DNA from: an uncultured Methanomicrobiales archaeon
GTDB taxonomy: Archaea; Halobacteriota; Methanomicrobia; Methanomicrobiales; JACTUA01
NCBI GenBank assembly: GCA_963712215.1
Contig: CAVQHA010000011.1
Span: 5,024-69,023 of the forward strand
Direction: 5' to 3'
Length of the DNA: 64,000 bases
Each line of letters starts with the position of its first letter. The stretch's first letter is position 1. Shown here one piece after another: positions 50,250-60,834 of the stretch. The position numbers and the translations under genes were made by a program. The notes beneath the pieces are model-generated. The model was given only the letters and a program-made list of their open reading frames with translations. It made no database searches and had not been told where the DNA came from.

Positions 50250-50902
50250 TCATGAGGGGTTCATGCACCGCTTGCAGAGGCTCTTCCCGGTGAGGAGCCG
50301 GGAGAGCTTCTCCTGGTTCTTCGTGATACCCAGGCCGCACCCTTCGCACGGCACCTCGCCCTCTGCGACAGGGGGCTTTTCAGGGGGAGATTTCGCCTCC
50401 TTCGGGATCTCCCGCGTGGGCGGGGGTGCCGGAGCCTTCCGGGGTTCGGGGGCTCTCACCGCCGGAGCCACCCCTTCTGCCCGTGGCTGGGCCCTGATCA
50501 CGGGTTTTGCTGCCTTGCCCTCCGGCCTCACCCTGACCGTTACGGGTGTAACATCCTCTGCAGGCTGGGCTTCCTGCCGGGCCTCCAGCCGGGACAGGGT
50601 CGGGAGACCTGGGAGCGGGCAGGCTGGACGGCCGCCGGGGCTGCCTCCTGCTCCCTCATAATGGGCATCGGGGCAGCCGCAACGACCGCCTTCGGGAATG
50701 CGAGGACCCTCTTCCGGTACGCCTCCACCCGTTCGGTGGTCACCTGGTCCCCGTGGCCCAGGCGCGCGAGCATCCCGTCGAGGAAGGAGATGAGTTCTTC
50801 CGCGTCGCCGTCATCCCCGACCTCCCCTTCAACATCCAGCCGGAGGTTCTCGTAGTTCTCCAGGTTGATGGTAATACCGATGGAGAGAGTCTTCCGTGCC
50901 AT
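50250..50902 (-). CDS. Hypothetical protein: small N-domain, Pro/Ala-rich linker, C-terminal CxxC...CxxC ribbon; frame change near 50600
   Basis: MARKTLSIGITINLENYENLRLDVEGEV... (ORF 50540..51163), continuing as ...AKPVIRAQPRAEG...EVPCEGCGLGITKNQEKLSRLLTGKSLCKRC (ORF 50250..50531). About 65 nt upstream of cdc6. Confidence 0.5.
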
Positions 50903-50957
50903 GATAAAGGATAGGTGTCGGGAATATATCTGTGTAAGGGAGGATCCGGGAAGAGGA

Positions 50958-51470
50958 CTAGGGGTTCGTCTCCCCTGGTTCCTCCGGGAACGGAGGTTCG
51001 GCCCGATCCGGTTCGTGGTATTCTGCGGAGATACCCCAGACTTCAAGGACCTGGTCCTGCGTACCGGGAACCGGTACCTCCCCTTCACCCGCAACAGGAG
51101 GAGAAACGGCGCCGAAGGCCTCGAGATCCCAGGGGGAGCGGAAGATCTTTCCCCCGTGGACACGGTAGCGGAACCGGTGGGGCCAGGGCTGTGAGAGGAC
51201 CACCCCCCTCTCGTACACGCAGTCGGCGAGTTCCCAGGTGAGGTACACCGAGCCGTCCTCTGTCAGGAGGACCTCCTCGACGTACCGCTGGATGTACCAC
51301 CTGAGTTCCGAGACGAGGGAGAGCGCGCTCCCGAGGGAGGTGGTCATGATCTCGACCCCTGCGGGATGACGGGCCGGATGATAGAACCGAAGCATTGCAC
51401 GGCTCGTGTCCGAGTCGTACAGGGTCGTGTACAGGTCCGTGCCTTCCCGTTCGATGAGGAGGATCTTCAT
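50958..51470 (-). CDS. Hypothetical protein (170 aa)
   Basis: Uninterrupted ORF MKILLIEREGTDLYTTLYDSD... with normal codon/GC behaviour. No family recognised. Confidence 0.5.
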   Translation of the reverse strand: MKILLIEREGTDLYTTLYDSDTSRAMLRFYHPARHPAGVEIMTTSLGSALSLVSELRWYIQRYVEEVLLTEDGSVYLTWELADCVYERGVVLSQPWPHRFRYRVHGGKIFRSPWDLEAFGAVSPPVAGEGEVPVPGTQDQVLEVWGISAEYHEPDRAEPPFPEEPGETNP

Positions 51471-51519
51471 GGGGGAATGTTCACCGGAGAAGAGTCTGTT
51501 CTCTCCGGTACCATTCTGT

Positions 51520-53614
51520 TCAGCCCTCTTGAATATCTTCCCGTTCGCGGGTCCCGGGGTCGCTGCCGTCGACCGGCCTCTTCACGCTGCACGCCCTCCC
51601 TACGACACGGAAGGCATCTTCGAGGTCGGCAAAGTTCGGTATATGGTTGCTCCGGAGGATCTGGACGCTGCTCGCGACCGAGGCTCCGCCGAGGAAGCAG
51701 CCGACCACCATCTTTTTTGTGTTCCGGGAGAAGCGGACCACTTCCTGGGCGAGCTGGGAGGGGTCGAGGACCGCATCGGGAACCGAGACGATGAAGGCGA
51801 TGTCCCAGAACTCCTGGTGCTTGATCAAAAAATCAAAGACCCGGGCATACTGTTCGACGCCCGAGTCCCCGACAAGATCCAGGGGGTTGGAATGGCTCCA
51901 GGAAGCGGGGAGAAAGACGTTCAGCTCCGAGAGGGTCGCGGGGTGGAGGTCGACGAGGTCGACGCCGTAGAGATCGGCATAATCGGAGGCAAAGACGGCA
52001 AAGCCACCGGCGTTCGTGATGACGATCGCCCTGCGGCCCGCGGGATAGCCCTCGGAAGCGAGGAGCTCGGCGAGGAGGAAGGCCTCCCTGAGGGACTGGG
52101 TCGCCGTGATCCCGGCCTTCCGGAACGCCGCCATGTACACCTCGTGGCTCCCCGCCAGGGCTCCCGTGTGGGAGGAGGCGGCTGCCCTGCCCTTCGCCGA
52201 GAGCCCGGTCTTGATCGCGATGACCGGGACCCGTGCCGAGACCCGCCCGGCGGCGGCGAGGAAGGCCGGCCCGTCCTTCACCTCCTCGATGTACATGACG
52301 ATGGCCCGGGTCGCGGGGTCGTCCCCGAGGTAGAAGAGGAAGTCCTCGAACCCGAGGTCTGCCTGGTTCCCGACGCTCACCACTGCCGAGAACCCGAACT
52401 CCTCCGGGACAGACCAGTCCACCATGGTCGCGATGACGGCCCCGCTCTGTGAGATGAAACCGACCCGGCCCGGCCTCGGGGTGATGGGGCCGAAGGTGGT
52501 GTTCACGCCCTTGTGGGGGAGCATAATCCCAAGACAGTTCGGCCCGAGGATGCGCAGCAAGTACCTTCCGCGCGATCTCGAGCACCTCCATCTCGAGAGC
52601 CTTCCCTGAGGGGCCGGTCTCGCCAAAACCCCCCGAGAGGACGATGGCCGCCTTTGCGCCCGTCTTCCCTGCCTCTTCCACTATCCCCGGAACGAGCCGC
52701 GCCGGGACCTGCGATGACCGCGAGGTGGACCGGTTCAGGGAGGGCCGAAAGGGTGGGATAGGTCTTCCTTCCCTGGACCTCGCTCCGGTTCGGGTTCACG
52801 GCATAAAGCCTGCCGGGGAAGGGGAGGAGGTTCCGGAAGACCGCATAACCGACCTTCGAAGGGTCCCCGGAGGCCCCCACCACGGCGATGGACTCAGGCG
52901 AGAAGATCTCGGGGGCGAGCGCACAGTGGATCTTCCTTGGCCCGACGGGGGCCTCCCCACCCAGGTACATCCGCGCATCGACCGCGCATGCACCCTTTTC
53001 ATAGAGGACGACGGGGTTCAGGTCGAACTCCGAGATATCCCCGTGGGCAAACATCTCCGCCGCGGAAACCAGGATGGAGACGAGCGCCGCCTCATCCTTC
53101 GGGGGCCCGCCACGGTAGCCGGCGATCGAGCCGGTAGCCCCGGATCTCCCTCACCATCTCCACGGCCTCCTCCCTGCCGAGGGGGAGGAGCCGGATGGCC
53201 ACGTCCCGCAGGATCTCCACGAGGGTCCCCCCGAGGCCGAAGGTGATGACCTTCCCGAAGGTGGGATCCGTCTTCCCGCCGATAAGAACCTCGAGGCCCC
53301 CTGCGGGGAGCTCCTCCTCTACGATGATCCCGTGGATCCCTGCACCCGGCTCCCTGTCCTTCACCCGGGAGAGGATTCCCTCGTAGGCGGAGCGCGCCTC
53401 GCCGGCATCATGGATCCCCCGGACCACGCCCCCGATGTCGCTCTTGTGGATAATATCAGGAGAGACGATCTTCATCACGACGGGAAACCCGATCTCCCTG
53501 CGCGATCCTGACCGCCTCATCGGCGTCATGGGCCACCCCATGGGAGGGTACCGGGATGCCTGCGTTTTTAAGAATCCTGTACCCTTCCGGCTCAGTGAGA
53601 AGCGTCTTTGTCAT
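51520..53614 (-). CDS. acd: ADP-forming acetyl-CoA synthetase / NDP-forming acyl-CoA synthetase, fused beta-alpha; at least 4 frame changes
   Basis: N-terminal ATP-grasp (MTKTLLTEPEGYRILKNAGIPVP, IGFPVVMKIVSPDIIHKSDIGGV), then CoA-binding IAVVGAS, ILGPNCLG, ISQSGA, and the phospho-His loop AASSHTGALAG. Confidence 0.85.
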
Positions 53615-53836
53615 CGTGCCTGCTCCATTCAGATATTCCCCTCAAGGGTTGATTTGGGGTTCATCCCATATATAGTGTTGAACGCAGCAATTTTGACCAA
53701 TCGCCGTCTCGTCAGAGACGGTGGCTGGTCGAATAATCAAATGGTGCGTTCGCGCTGTTTGAGAAGAGCCCAGGGATACTTGAAATGGGCTCTTTGATAG
53801 AGCGTTCACCCGATGAATTCGGGGCCCTGCCGGTCC

Positions 53837-55969
53837 TCACCCCTGAACCGGATTCGCAGGCGAAGAGTCGAGGATCTCCGTAAGAGACTGCGGATCAGTG
53901 ACCGGGAGCTCGCAGGCATGGTCCCGGCAGACATACGCCGAAGCCTTTCCCGACTTCGTTGTAAATCCTCTTGTGAAGGGGGCCAGCCGATCGAGGAGAG
54001 GATCCCCGCCGGCCGGTTTCAGGATGACAGCCATACCGGGACGGTCATGAGAGTTCACGATCTCCAGGAGCGCCCGGGTATCGGCAGCCTCCGGGTCCCC
54101 GACCATAACAATCTCAACGGAGGAGTTCAGGGCAAGGTTGAGCGAAGCCATCATCCAGGTGGAGGCTGCTGCCGAACCGGCATGCTCCCTCAGGTACCAG
54201 TCCGTCAGATCCCGGGCGATGTCGAGGTATCCGTGTCCTGCCGGTGAGACGGGATATGACGAGAAGGTTGGAGAGGGCGACCGAATTCGCAGAGGGTGTT
54301 GCCCCGTCATGGGCGGTTTCAGCCTGGCGATGAGAGGCTCACCATCGTCAGGGGTAAAGAAGAAACCACCCCGTTCGCCGTCCCGGAAGTGATCGATGAA
54401 GCCTTCGGTGATGGCAACTGCCTGTTCCAGGAAACGCGGGTCGAAGGTGGAGCGGTACAGACTCGAGGAGACCCCAGGTGAGGTGGGTATAATCATCGGC
54501 ATTCCCGTCCATCGCCGCTTCCCCGGATCGCGTAGCGGTGGAACAATCTCCCCTCTTTCGTTACCATGGATGAGAGGATGAACGAGGCTGCCCGCCGGCC
54601 GACATCCAGGTACTCGGCAGACCCGAACACACGCGCAGCCATAGCAAACGCAGCAATGGCGAGGCCGTTCCAGTCGGTCAGGATCTTCTCGTCCCGGGCG
54701 GGCCGTCGCCGGTTCATGCGTTCTGCGCGGACCTTCTCCATCGCGGATGCGAGGATCTTCCCGAGATCACCCGGCAGGATACCGAGGTCTGTGGCGACCT
54801 GCTCTTCCGGTCCTCGCGATATGGAGGATATTTTCTCCCGTGCTACTCGTTCCGGCGTGCCTGGGAACATTCCCGTCGCGGCAGATCCCGTAATACCCGG
54901 TGAAGGCCGCGAGCTCATTTCCTGAAAGTATCCTCCCGATCTCGTCCCTGGTCCAGAGATAGAAGCCTCCCTCCCTGCCACCGCTCTCGGCATCTTCGGC
55001 GCTGTAGAAGGCCCCCTCGATCCCCAGGAGATCCCGGGTCATATACGTGAGTACCTCGCGGGCGATCCTCTGGTAGTATTCCCTGCCGGTCACGCGGAAA
55101 GCCTCGGTAAAAGCCATGGCAAGGAGAGCCTGGTCATAGAGCATCTTCTCGAAGTGGGGGACAAGCCAGGAGGCATCCATGGAATAGCGGTGGAACCCGA
55201 ACCCTGCATGATCATAGATCCCTCCGGCGTGCATGGCGAGGAGGGTCTTCTCAGCCATGGACAGGAGATCCCGATCACCGGTATCCTGGAATGTCCTGAG
55301 GAGGAATATCAGGGTATGCGGGGTGGGGAACTTGGGGGGGCCGCCAAACCCGCCATGTTCGGGATCGAAATTGGCTTTGAGATCGCCCAGGGTCCGCGCG
55401 ACCACATCCCGGGCGCTCCCGCCTCCCTGAATGGCATGAGGCATCCTGAGAAGGACAGTTACCTTATCCGCCGCCGCCAGGAGCTCCTCCCGCCTCTCCC
55501 TCCATGCAGTACCGATCATCGGGATGAGGTCGAGCATCCCGACGAGGCCGAGCCCCGATTTTTTGGGGATATATGTTGAGGCGAAGAACGGCTTCTGGTC
55601 GGGGGTCATGACGATCGTGAGCGGCCACCCTCCCGTTCCCATGAGTTCGAGCGCGACTGTCATGTAGATGTGATCTATCTCCGGCCGCTCCTCGCGGTCC
55701 AGCTTGATGTTCACGAAGCCCGAGTTCATGAGCGCCGCCACCTGGGGGTCCTCGAAGGACTCGCGGGCCATCACGTGGCACCAGTGGCACGTGGAGTATC
55801 CTATCGAGAGGAAGATGGGTTTGTCCTCGGCCTGCGCCCTCGCAAAGGCCTCTTCCCCCCACGGGTACCAGTCGACAGGATTGTGGGCATGCTGGAGAAG
55901 ATAGGGACTCTTCTCGTGGATGAGTCGGTTGGGTTTCCCTCCGGTCATAGAACTCCCGTTTCTTCCCAT
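53837..55969 (-). CDS. Thioredoxin-domain protein of the YyaL/DUF255 (SSP411-like) family; at least 2 frame changes
   Basis: [50 protein letters not shown], then an (alpha/alpha)6-barrel region ([24 protein letters not shown]). The tail lies in ORFs 54493..54993 and 53837..54502. Confidence 0.85.
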
Positions 55970-56084
55970 CTCCGGAGGATACGATAAGCCTTCGGTCCCG
56001 GGATCACCCATATACCCTGCAAAAGAGATACCCTGAACGAGCACCCGGGCCGGAGAGAACAAAGATGCGGCCCCGCCGGCACCT

Positions 56085-56804
56085 ATGATCCGCGAGCACT
56101 TCCAGTTCCGGGAGACCATAGCGACCATCCTTGCAGATGACCCGGCCCATATCGCCGCTGCGAAAACCGGGATGATCTCTGCGCGCCAGGAGCTCGAGCG
56201 TTACATCGCGCGGGACCCTTTCTTTGCCATCACGTATGACCCATACACGCCGGACGATGGTGGGGAGGTGGTCACCAGGATGGCGGATGCGGCCCGGGCG
56301 GCAGGGGTCGGCCCGATGGCAGCGGTAGCCGGGACCATCGCCTGGTACGGCCTCGAGGCCATGATCGGGGCCGGGGCTATCTTCGGGGTTATCGACAACG
56401 GGGGCGATATCGCCCTCATCGCCGATCGCGAGGTACGGGTAGGCCTCCATGCCGGGGCATCGCCCCTTTCCGATACTTCGGCCTTCGTGATCCAGCCCGG
56501 GAGCGGGATACAGGGGATCTGCACCTCGTCGGCGACAGTGGGGCCATCCGTAAGCCTGGGGGTCGCGGACGCTGTGACGGTCTTTTCAGGGAACGTTGCC
56601 TCCGCCGATGCCTGGGCGACAGCGATCTGCAATGAGTCGCGGTCCGGAGATCGAGCGATTCTCTCGAAGCTTCCGGGAACTGACGTAACCGCCGTTGTGG
56701 CCATCTTGGGAGAAGAGATCGTCAGCTGGGGTAACCCGCCTCCCCTTGTCCGGGCCAAGGTGAATCCTGATATCATCACCAGGGGGAAGGATCCGGCGCG
56801 GTAG
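56085..56804 (+). CDS. UPF0280 (ApbE-like) family protein
   Basis: FRETIATI..D........EL.RYI...P.F......Y......VV..M..AA...[13 protein letters not shown]....E.......[10 protein letters not shown] is typical of the archaeal UPF0280 family. Confidence 0.75.
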   Translation: MIREHFQFRETIATILADDPAHIAAAKTGMISARQELERYIARDPFFAITYDPYTPDDGGEVVTRMADAARAAGVGPMAAVAGTIAWYGLEAMIGAGAIFGVIDNGGDIALIADREVRVGLHAGASPLSDTSAFVIQPGSGIQGICTSSATVGPSVSLGVADAVTVFSGNVASADAWATAICNESRSGDRAILSKLPGTDVTAVVAILGEEIVSWGNPPPLVRAKVNPDIITRGKDPAR

Positions 56805-56872
56805 CCCGAGGGTGCGCCTTCATTCCTCCAGGTAATGCCGGGCGCCGCGGTACGCAGAAGAACCGTCGAATT

Positions 56873-57205
56873 TCACGAGAAGCTCCCCAGCTCGGTCAGC
56901 TCAATGACCGGTCCCCCTTTCCCGAGCCTGAAGACCAGCTCAACCCCTTTTTCGTCCTCGAACGGGATCCCGTCCAGCGCGGCCACCGCGGGCTGGAGTT
57001 CGAGCCGTTCCTGGCCGAGGAGCGTGGGCAGCTCACGGAAGTAATAGTAGAAGGACTGGAGCGCATTCAGGAGATCCGAAGTGAGCAGTTCAGAGCGTGC
57101 CTCCGCATCCAGCGTGTCGAGGACCTCGGCGAGGACTTTCACGTTCTCGCCTGCGATCCCGAGGATGCGGTCTGCGAGCTCGGCAAGTTCCACACGGTCG
57201 ATCAT
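56873..57205 (-). CDS. Hypothetical 110-aa protein downstream of the DUF4255 gene
   Basis: Clean ORF MIDRVELAELADRILGIAGENVKVL..., with a helical N-half and a beta-rich C-half. No family recognised. Confidence 0.5.
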   Translation of the reverse strand: MIDRVELAELADRILGIAGENVKVLAEVLDTLDAEARSELLTSDLLNALQSFYYYFRELPTLLGQERLELQPAVAALDGIPFEDEKGVELVFRLGKGGPVIELTELGSFS

Positions 57206-57298
57206 CGCTGTAACACCGGATAAATGGGAGGGATTTCCCTGTCAGGACCCGAACCTGTCATCCGAAGGACTTCGGACGAAGGTCCTCCTTCCCGAGGG

Positions 57299-57839
57299 TC
57301 ATCCATGCCTGAGTGTCTCCTTCCCTGCCGAATCGATCAGAGCCGGCGTTACAAGATAACATGCGGACAAGCGGGGGAGGCCTTGGTGGAATGAAGTCCA
57401 GAGAGTGCCCAGTTCTCCAGGAGAGAGGGCTTGAAGAATTATCCGAACCTCTGCATCGGTTCCCGCCAGGGAGCCCTGGAGATCGGCGCCTGACAGGAGA
57501 GGATGGTCGTGGAAGATCTGCATCGCTTTCCCGAGGATATTCTGCTCCCGGATGGCATTGCTGCTCTGCGCAGTGACAAGGTAGTAGAGGTCCAGGACAA
57601 GAGGGGGATACTGTTGGAGTCCGGATGGATCCGGCACGGGCCCCGGGTTCTTCAGTATCCTGTTCTCGACCATGTTGAAGAGGACGATGGACAGTGTATC
57701 CGCTCCTCCCGGTTCCACGGTTGCCCCAGAGGGGCTGGAGAACTATCTCAGGTTTCGCGCTCATTCCCTCCCAGGGATCGCTTTCGAGGACATGCTTCAT
57801 GGTCGCCCCGATCTCCCCGATTGCCCTGAAATCACTCAT
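57299..57839 (-). CDS. DUF4255 / Pvc16-N-like protein (family of contractile-injection-system and phage tail terminator/cap proteins); frame change near 57715
   Basis: MSDFRAIGEIGATMKHVLE..., ...LSIVLFNMVENRILKN......PPLVLDLYYLVTA......EQNILGKAMQIFHDHPLLSG..L........RIILQALSPGELGTLWTSF...PRLSACYLVTPALIDS. Matches my recollection of the DUF4255 consensus. Confidence 0.6.
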
Positions 57840-57948
57840 ATTCCATCGATTCAATGATGGGCGGCGGGGGTAATGAGGGTTGGGACAGACAGCTCTCCCG
57901 GATCTGGCCAATTGTGCCTGCCATAAGAATATATCTCCCATCCCGAGA

Positions 57949-58242
57949 TTGGTACGTGTGCGGGACGAGGAGATCGACTGGTCGGTGTATCATGCACTCC
58001 TTGAAGGGAAGGCGAGTACCCTGCAGGAGCTCGCGAACCTCGGGATAGAATCCCGTCTCATCCAGGAATCCGTCCGCCGCCTTGAGGAGTTCTATCTCGT
58101 GGAACGGGCCGGGGATTCGGTGAGGGTGCTCTCCGTCCAGGAATCGCTCCTCCTCTGCCAGGCAAAGAACGATGATGCCTGCCCGTTCGTCGTGGAAGAC
58201 GGCGTCGTCAGGGCGAGATCGGGGCAGGAGAGGAGGTCGTAG
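57949..58242 (+). CDS. Small winged-helix (MarR-like) protein
   Basis: EIDWSVYHALLEGKASTLQELANLGIESRLIQESVRRLEEFYLVERAGDSVRV. TAG 58240 abuts ATG 58243 of aTrm56. Start is TTG 57949 or GTG 57958. Confidence 0.45.
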   Translation: MVRVRDEEIDWSVYHALLEGKASTLQELANLGIESRLIQESVRRLEEFYLVERAGDSVRVLSVQESLLLCQAKNDDACPFVVEDGVVRARSGQERRS

Positions 58243-58764
58243 ATGAAGAAGGTCTGCATCCTCAGGCTCGGTCACCGGCCGTTCCGGGACAAGCGGGTGA
58301 CGACCCACGTCGGACTCGCCGCACGGGCATTCGGCGCCGACGGCATGTACCTTGCCGCCGAGGATTCGGGCCTCACGGAGAGTATACGGGATGTGGTAGC
58401 CCGCTGGGGCGGGGAGTTCTTCATCCGGGACGGGGTCTCGTGGAAGAAGTGCGTCCGCGCATGGAAAGAGAAGGGCGGCACGGTCGTCCACCTCACCATG
58501 TACGGCCTCCCGATGACGGAGGTCATCGGGGAGATCAGGGAGAAGGAAGAACTCCTGATCGTCATCGGGGCCGAGAAGGTCCCGGGCGAGATCTACGGGC
58601 TCGCCGACTACAACGTCTCGGTGACCTCCCAGCCCCATTCCGAGGTCTCGGGAACCGCGGTCTTCCTCGATCACCTCTTCGAAGGGGCCGAGCTCGGCCG
58701 TACATATCCTGACGCCGAACTGAGGATATACCCGAGCAGGGACGGCAAGAGGACCGGACCGTGA
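58243..58764 (+). CDS. tRNA (cytidine56-2'-O)-methyltransferase aTrm56 (SPOUT)
   Basis: [29 protein letters not shown]...VHLTMYG...IVIGAEKVP...[15 protein letters not shown]. Intact 173 aa. Confidence 0.85.
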   Translation: MKKVCILRLGHRPFRDKRVTTHVGLAARAFGADGMYLAAEDSGLTESIRDVVARWGGEFFIRDGVSWKKCVRAWKEKGGTVVHLTMYGLPMTEVIGEIREKEELLIVIGAEKVPGEIYGLADYNVSVTSQPHSEVSGTAVFLDHLFEGAELGRTYPDAELRIYPSRDGKRTGP

Positions 58765-59838
58765 AGGGAAGGGTGCTCATCGCCGGGTTTCGCCACGAGG
58801 CACGTTGCCTGGTCTGCATCGAAGGCAGGATACATCGTATACGCGGTCGACCATTTCTGCGACCAGGACCTCTCCTGGTATACGAAAGACCGGCTGAAAT
58901 TCGAGGAACTGGAGGAACTTCCGGATCGCATCGCCGAGATGGCAGGGCGGCACGAGATCGATTTCTTTCGTCCCCACATCAGGGGCCGAGACCATCGAGA
59001 CCACGATCCCTCTGGCAGGGACCGACCGGATTACCGCGGCCCGGCTCCTGGACAAGCTCGAAGTGCAGCGGTTTTTCGAAGGGATGCGCATGCGCGTCCC
59101 GCCGCTTACCGGCGAGAAGGACTTCCCTTACCTCATCAAGCCGACGGGCCGGCGCAGGAGGCTGGCGGAATGCCATTATCCGGTCACCGGATGACCTGGC
59201 GCGGTGGATGGAGGAGAGCCCGGGGACGGAGGCCATCCTGCCAGAAACAGGTCACGGGGATCCCTGCGAGCGTCTCCTGTATTGCCGACGGTAAGCACGC
59301 GGTTGCCGTAGCGGCGAACGAGCAGGTCCTCCGGGGAGGGGACGTATCACCCTTCGGTTTCATCGGTTCGATCACCCCTCTCGACCACCCCCTCGCGGCG
59401 AGGATGAAGTCCCTCGCGGTAAAAGCGGCAGCAGCGAGCGGGTGCGTTGGCTCGGTGGGTATCGATTTCGTCCTCGGGGAGGACTCCTGGGCGATCGAGG
59501 TGAACCCCCGTTTCCAGGCCACGGTCGATACCGTCGAGACCTCAACCGATCTTAACCTCTTCACGCTCCACATGGACGCATGTGGAGGGAAACTCTCCCC
59601 AGGTGTCCCGGATCCGGCCAGGTATGCGGCAAGGCAGATACTGTTCGCAGATCGGGATATGGTGGTGAAGGAGGACCTCTCCCGGTTCGCGCCCCGCATC
59701 GCCGATATACCATGGCCAGGCACCGCGTTCGAGGACGGGCAGGCGGTGGTGAGCGTCCTTGGCACGGGCGGGAACCGGGGTGAGGCGATCCAGGAGCTGG
59801 ACAACACCCTTAAAAAGCTGAAGCGATATATGGGGTGA
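58761..59838 (+). CDS. ATP-grasp superfamily protein (COG2232-like); at least 3 frame changes
   Basis: [10 protein letters not shown] start. C-terminal ...[27 protein letters not shown]... (ORF 58939..59838). Middle parts are recoverable only in other frames (FPYLIKPTG...). Confidence 0.65.
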
Positions 59839-60357
59839 TGATGTCCATCGAGGAGATCCTGAAGGACGAGGCGGTCCGTTCGTACCTGCACCGCCTCATC
59901 AAGGACGAGGGGCTCAATCTCCTGGAGAAATTCCCGGAACAGGGGGAATACAGCGACGAGGAGCTCGCCGAGAAGACGGGGATCAACCTCAACTCGGTCC
60001 GTCATACCCTGTACACCCTCTACGAGAAAAGGCTCGCCGAGTACCGCAGGCTCAAGAACACCGAGACAGGCTGGCTCACCTATCTCTGGACCCTCCGGCT
60101 CGACCGGGTCCCGGCCGCCGTCATGGAGGACATGAAGATGATGCTCGAGAAACTCGAGGCCAGGGAGAACTACGAGGAGGAGAACGACTTCTACCTCTGC
60201 AAGACCTGCGGGACCTTCACCTTCAACGAGGTCATGGAGACTCGACTTCGCCTGCCCCCGCTGCACCCAGCCCGTCGAGCATTTCGATAACGCTGCACTC
60301 CTCTCAGCCCTGAAGCGCCGCATCTCCGCCATCCGCGAATGCCTCGGGTATGAATGA
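59838..60357 (+). CDS. tfe: Transcription factor E alpha (TFE); frame change near 60242
   Basis: Winged helix (...[34 protein letters not shown]....TGW.TYLW). Zn ribbon YLCKTCG...[11 protein letters not shown] after the shift. TGA 60355-57 overlaps the next gene. Confidence 0.85.
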
Positions 60358-60834
60358 GGCGTGGGAACAGCTCCTCGTCCGTGCGGGCTGCGGGAGATCG
60401 GTCATAGCCCATGCGAGGGCTGTCACAAACCTCGCCCTCCGGTTTACCGGTAACCCCGTCGTGAACAGGGATCTCGTCCTTGCCGGGGCCATGCTCCATG
60501 ACATCGGGCGCGGGAAGACGCACGGGATCGACCATGCCCAGCGAGGCGCTGCCCTCGCGAGGTCCTATGACCTCGACGAGCGCATCGTATCGATCATCGA
60601 GAGGCATATCGGTGCAGGGTTGACCGCCGACGAGTGCTCGCTCGAGAGGCTCGTCCCCGGGACTGCATCCCGGAGACTATCGAGGAAAAGATCGTGGCGA
60701 ATGCGGACAACCTGCTAAACGGAAGCAGGGCGGGGACCATCGAGGGGACGCTGGAGGGTGCAATCCGCCTGAAGAGGAGGATCCGGCGGAGGATCTACCA
60801 CCTGTACCTGGAGATGGAAGCCTTCCGACGTTGA
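60350..60834 (+). CDS. HD-domain metal-dependent phosphohydrolase; frame change near 60655
   Basis: VIAHARAV...LAGAMLHDIGRGKTHGIDH...IIERHIGAG..., then ...EEKIVANADNL (ORF 60634..60834). Confidence 0.75.

Noticed and set aside
48968-50293. 441-aa plus-strand ORF
   Set aside because: Antisense to the intact Orc1/Cdc6 gene.
53700-53836. Possible small ncRNA: two hairpins (CCGTCTC-GTCA-GAGACGG at about 53704-53721; AGAGCCCA...TGGGCTCT at about 53766-53793) in a 220-nt spacer
   Set aside because: Their position directly after the YyaL-like gene stop and before the acd promoter fits ordinary terminator or 3'-UTR structures. No repeat copies or conserved motifs elsewhere in the window support an RNA gene.
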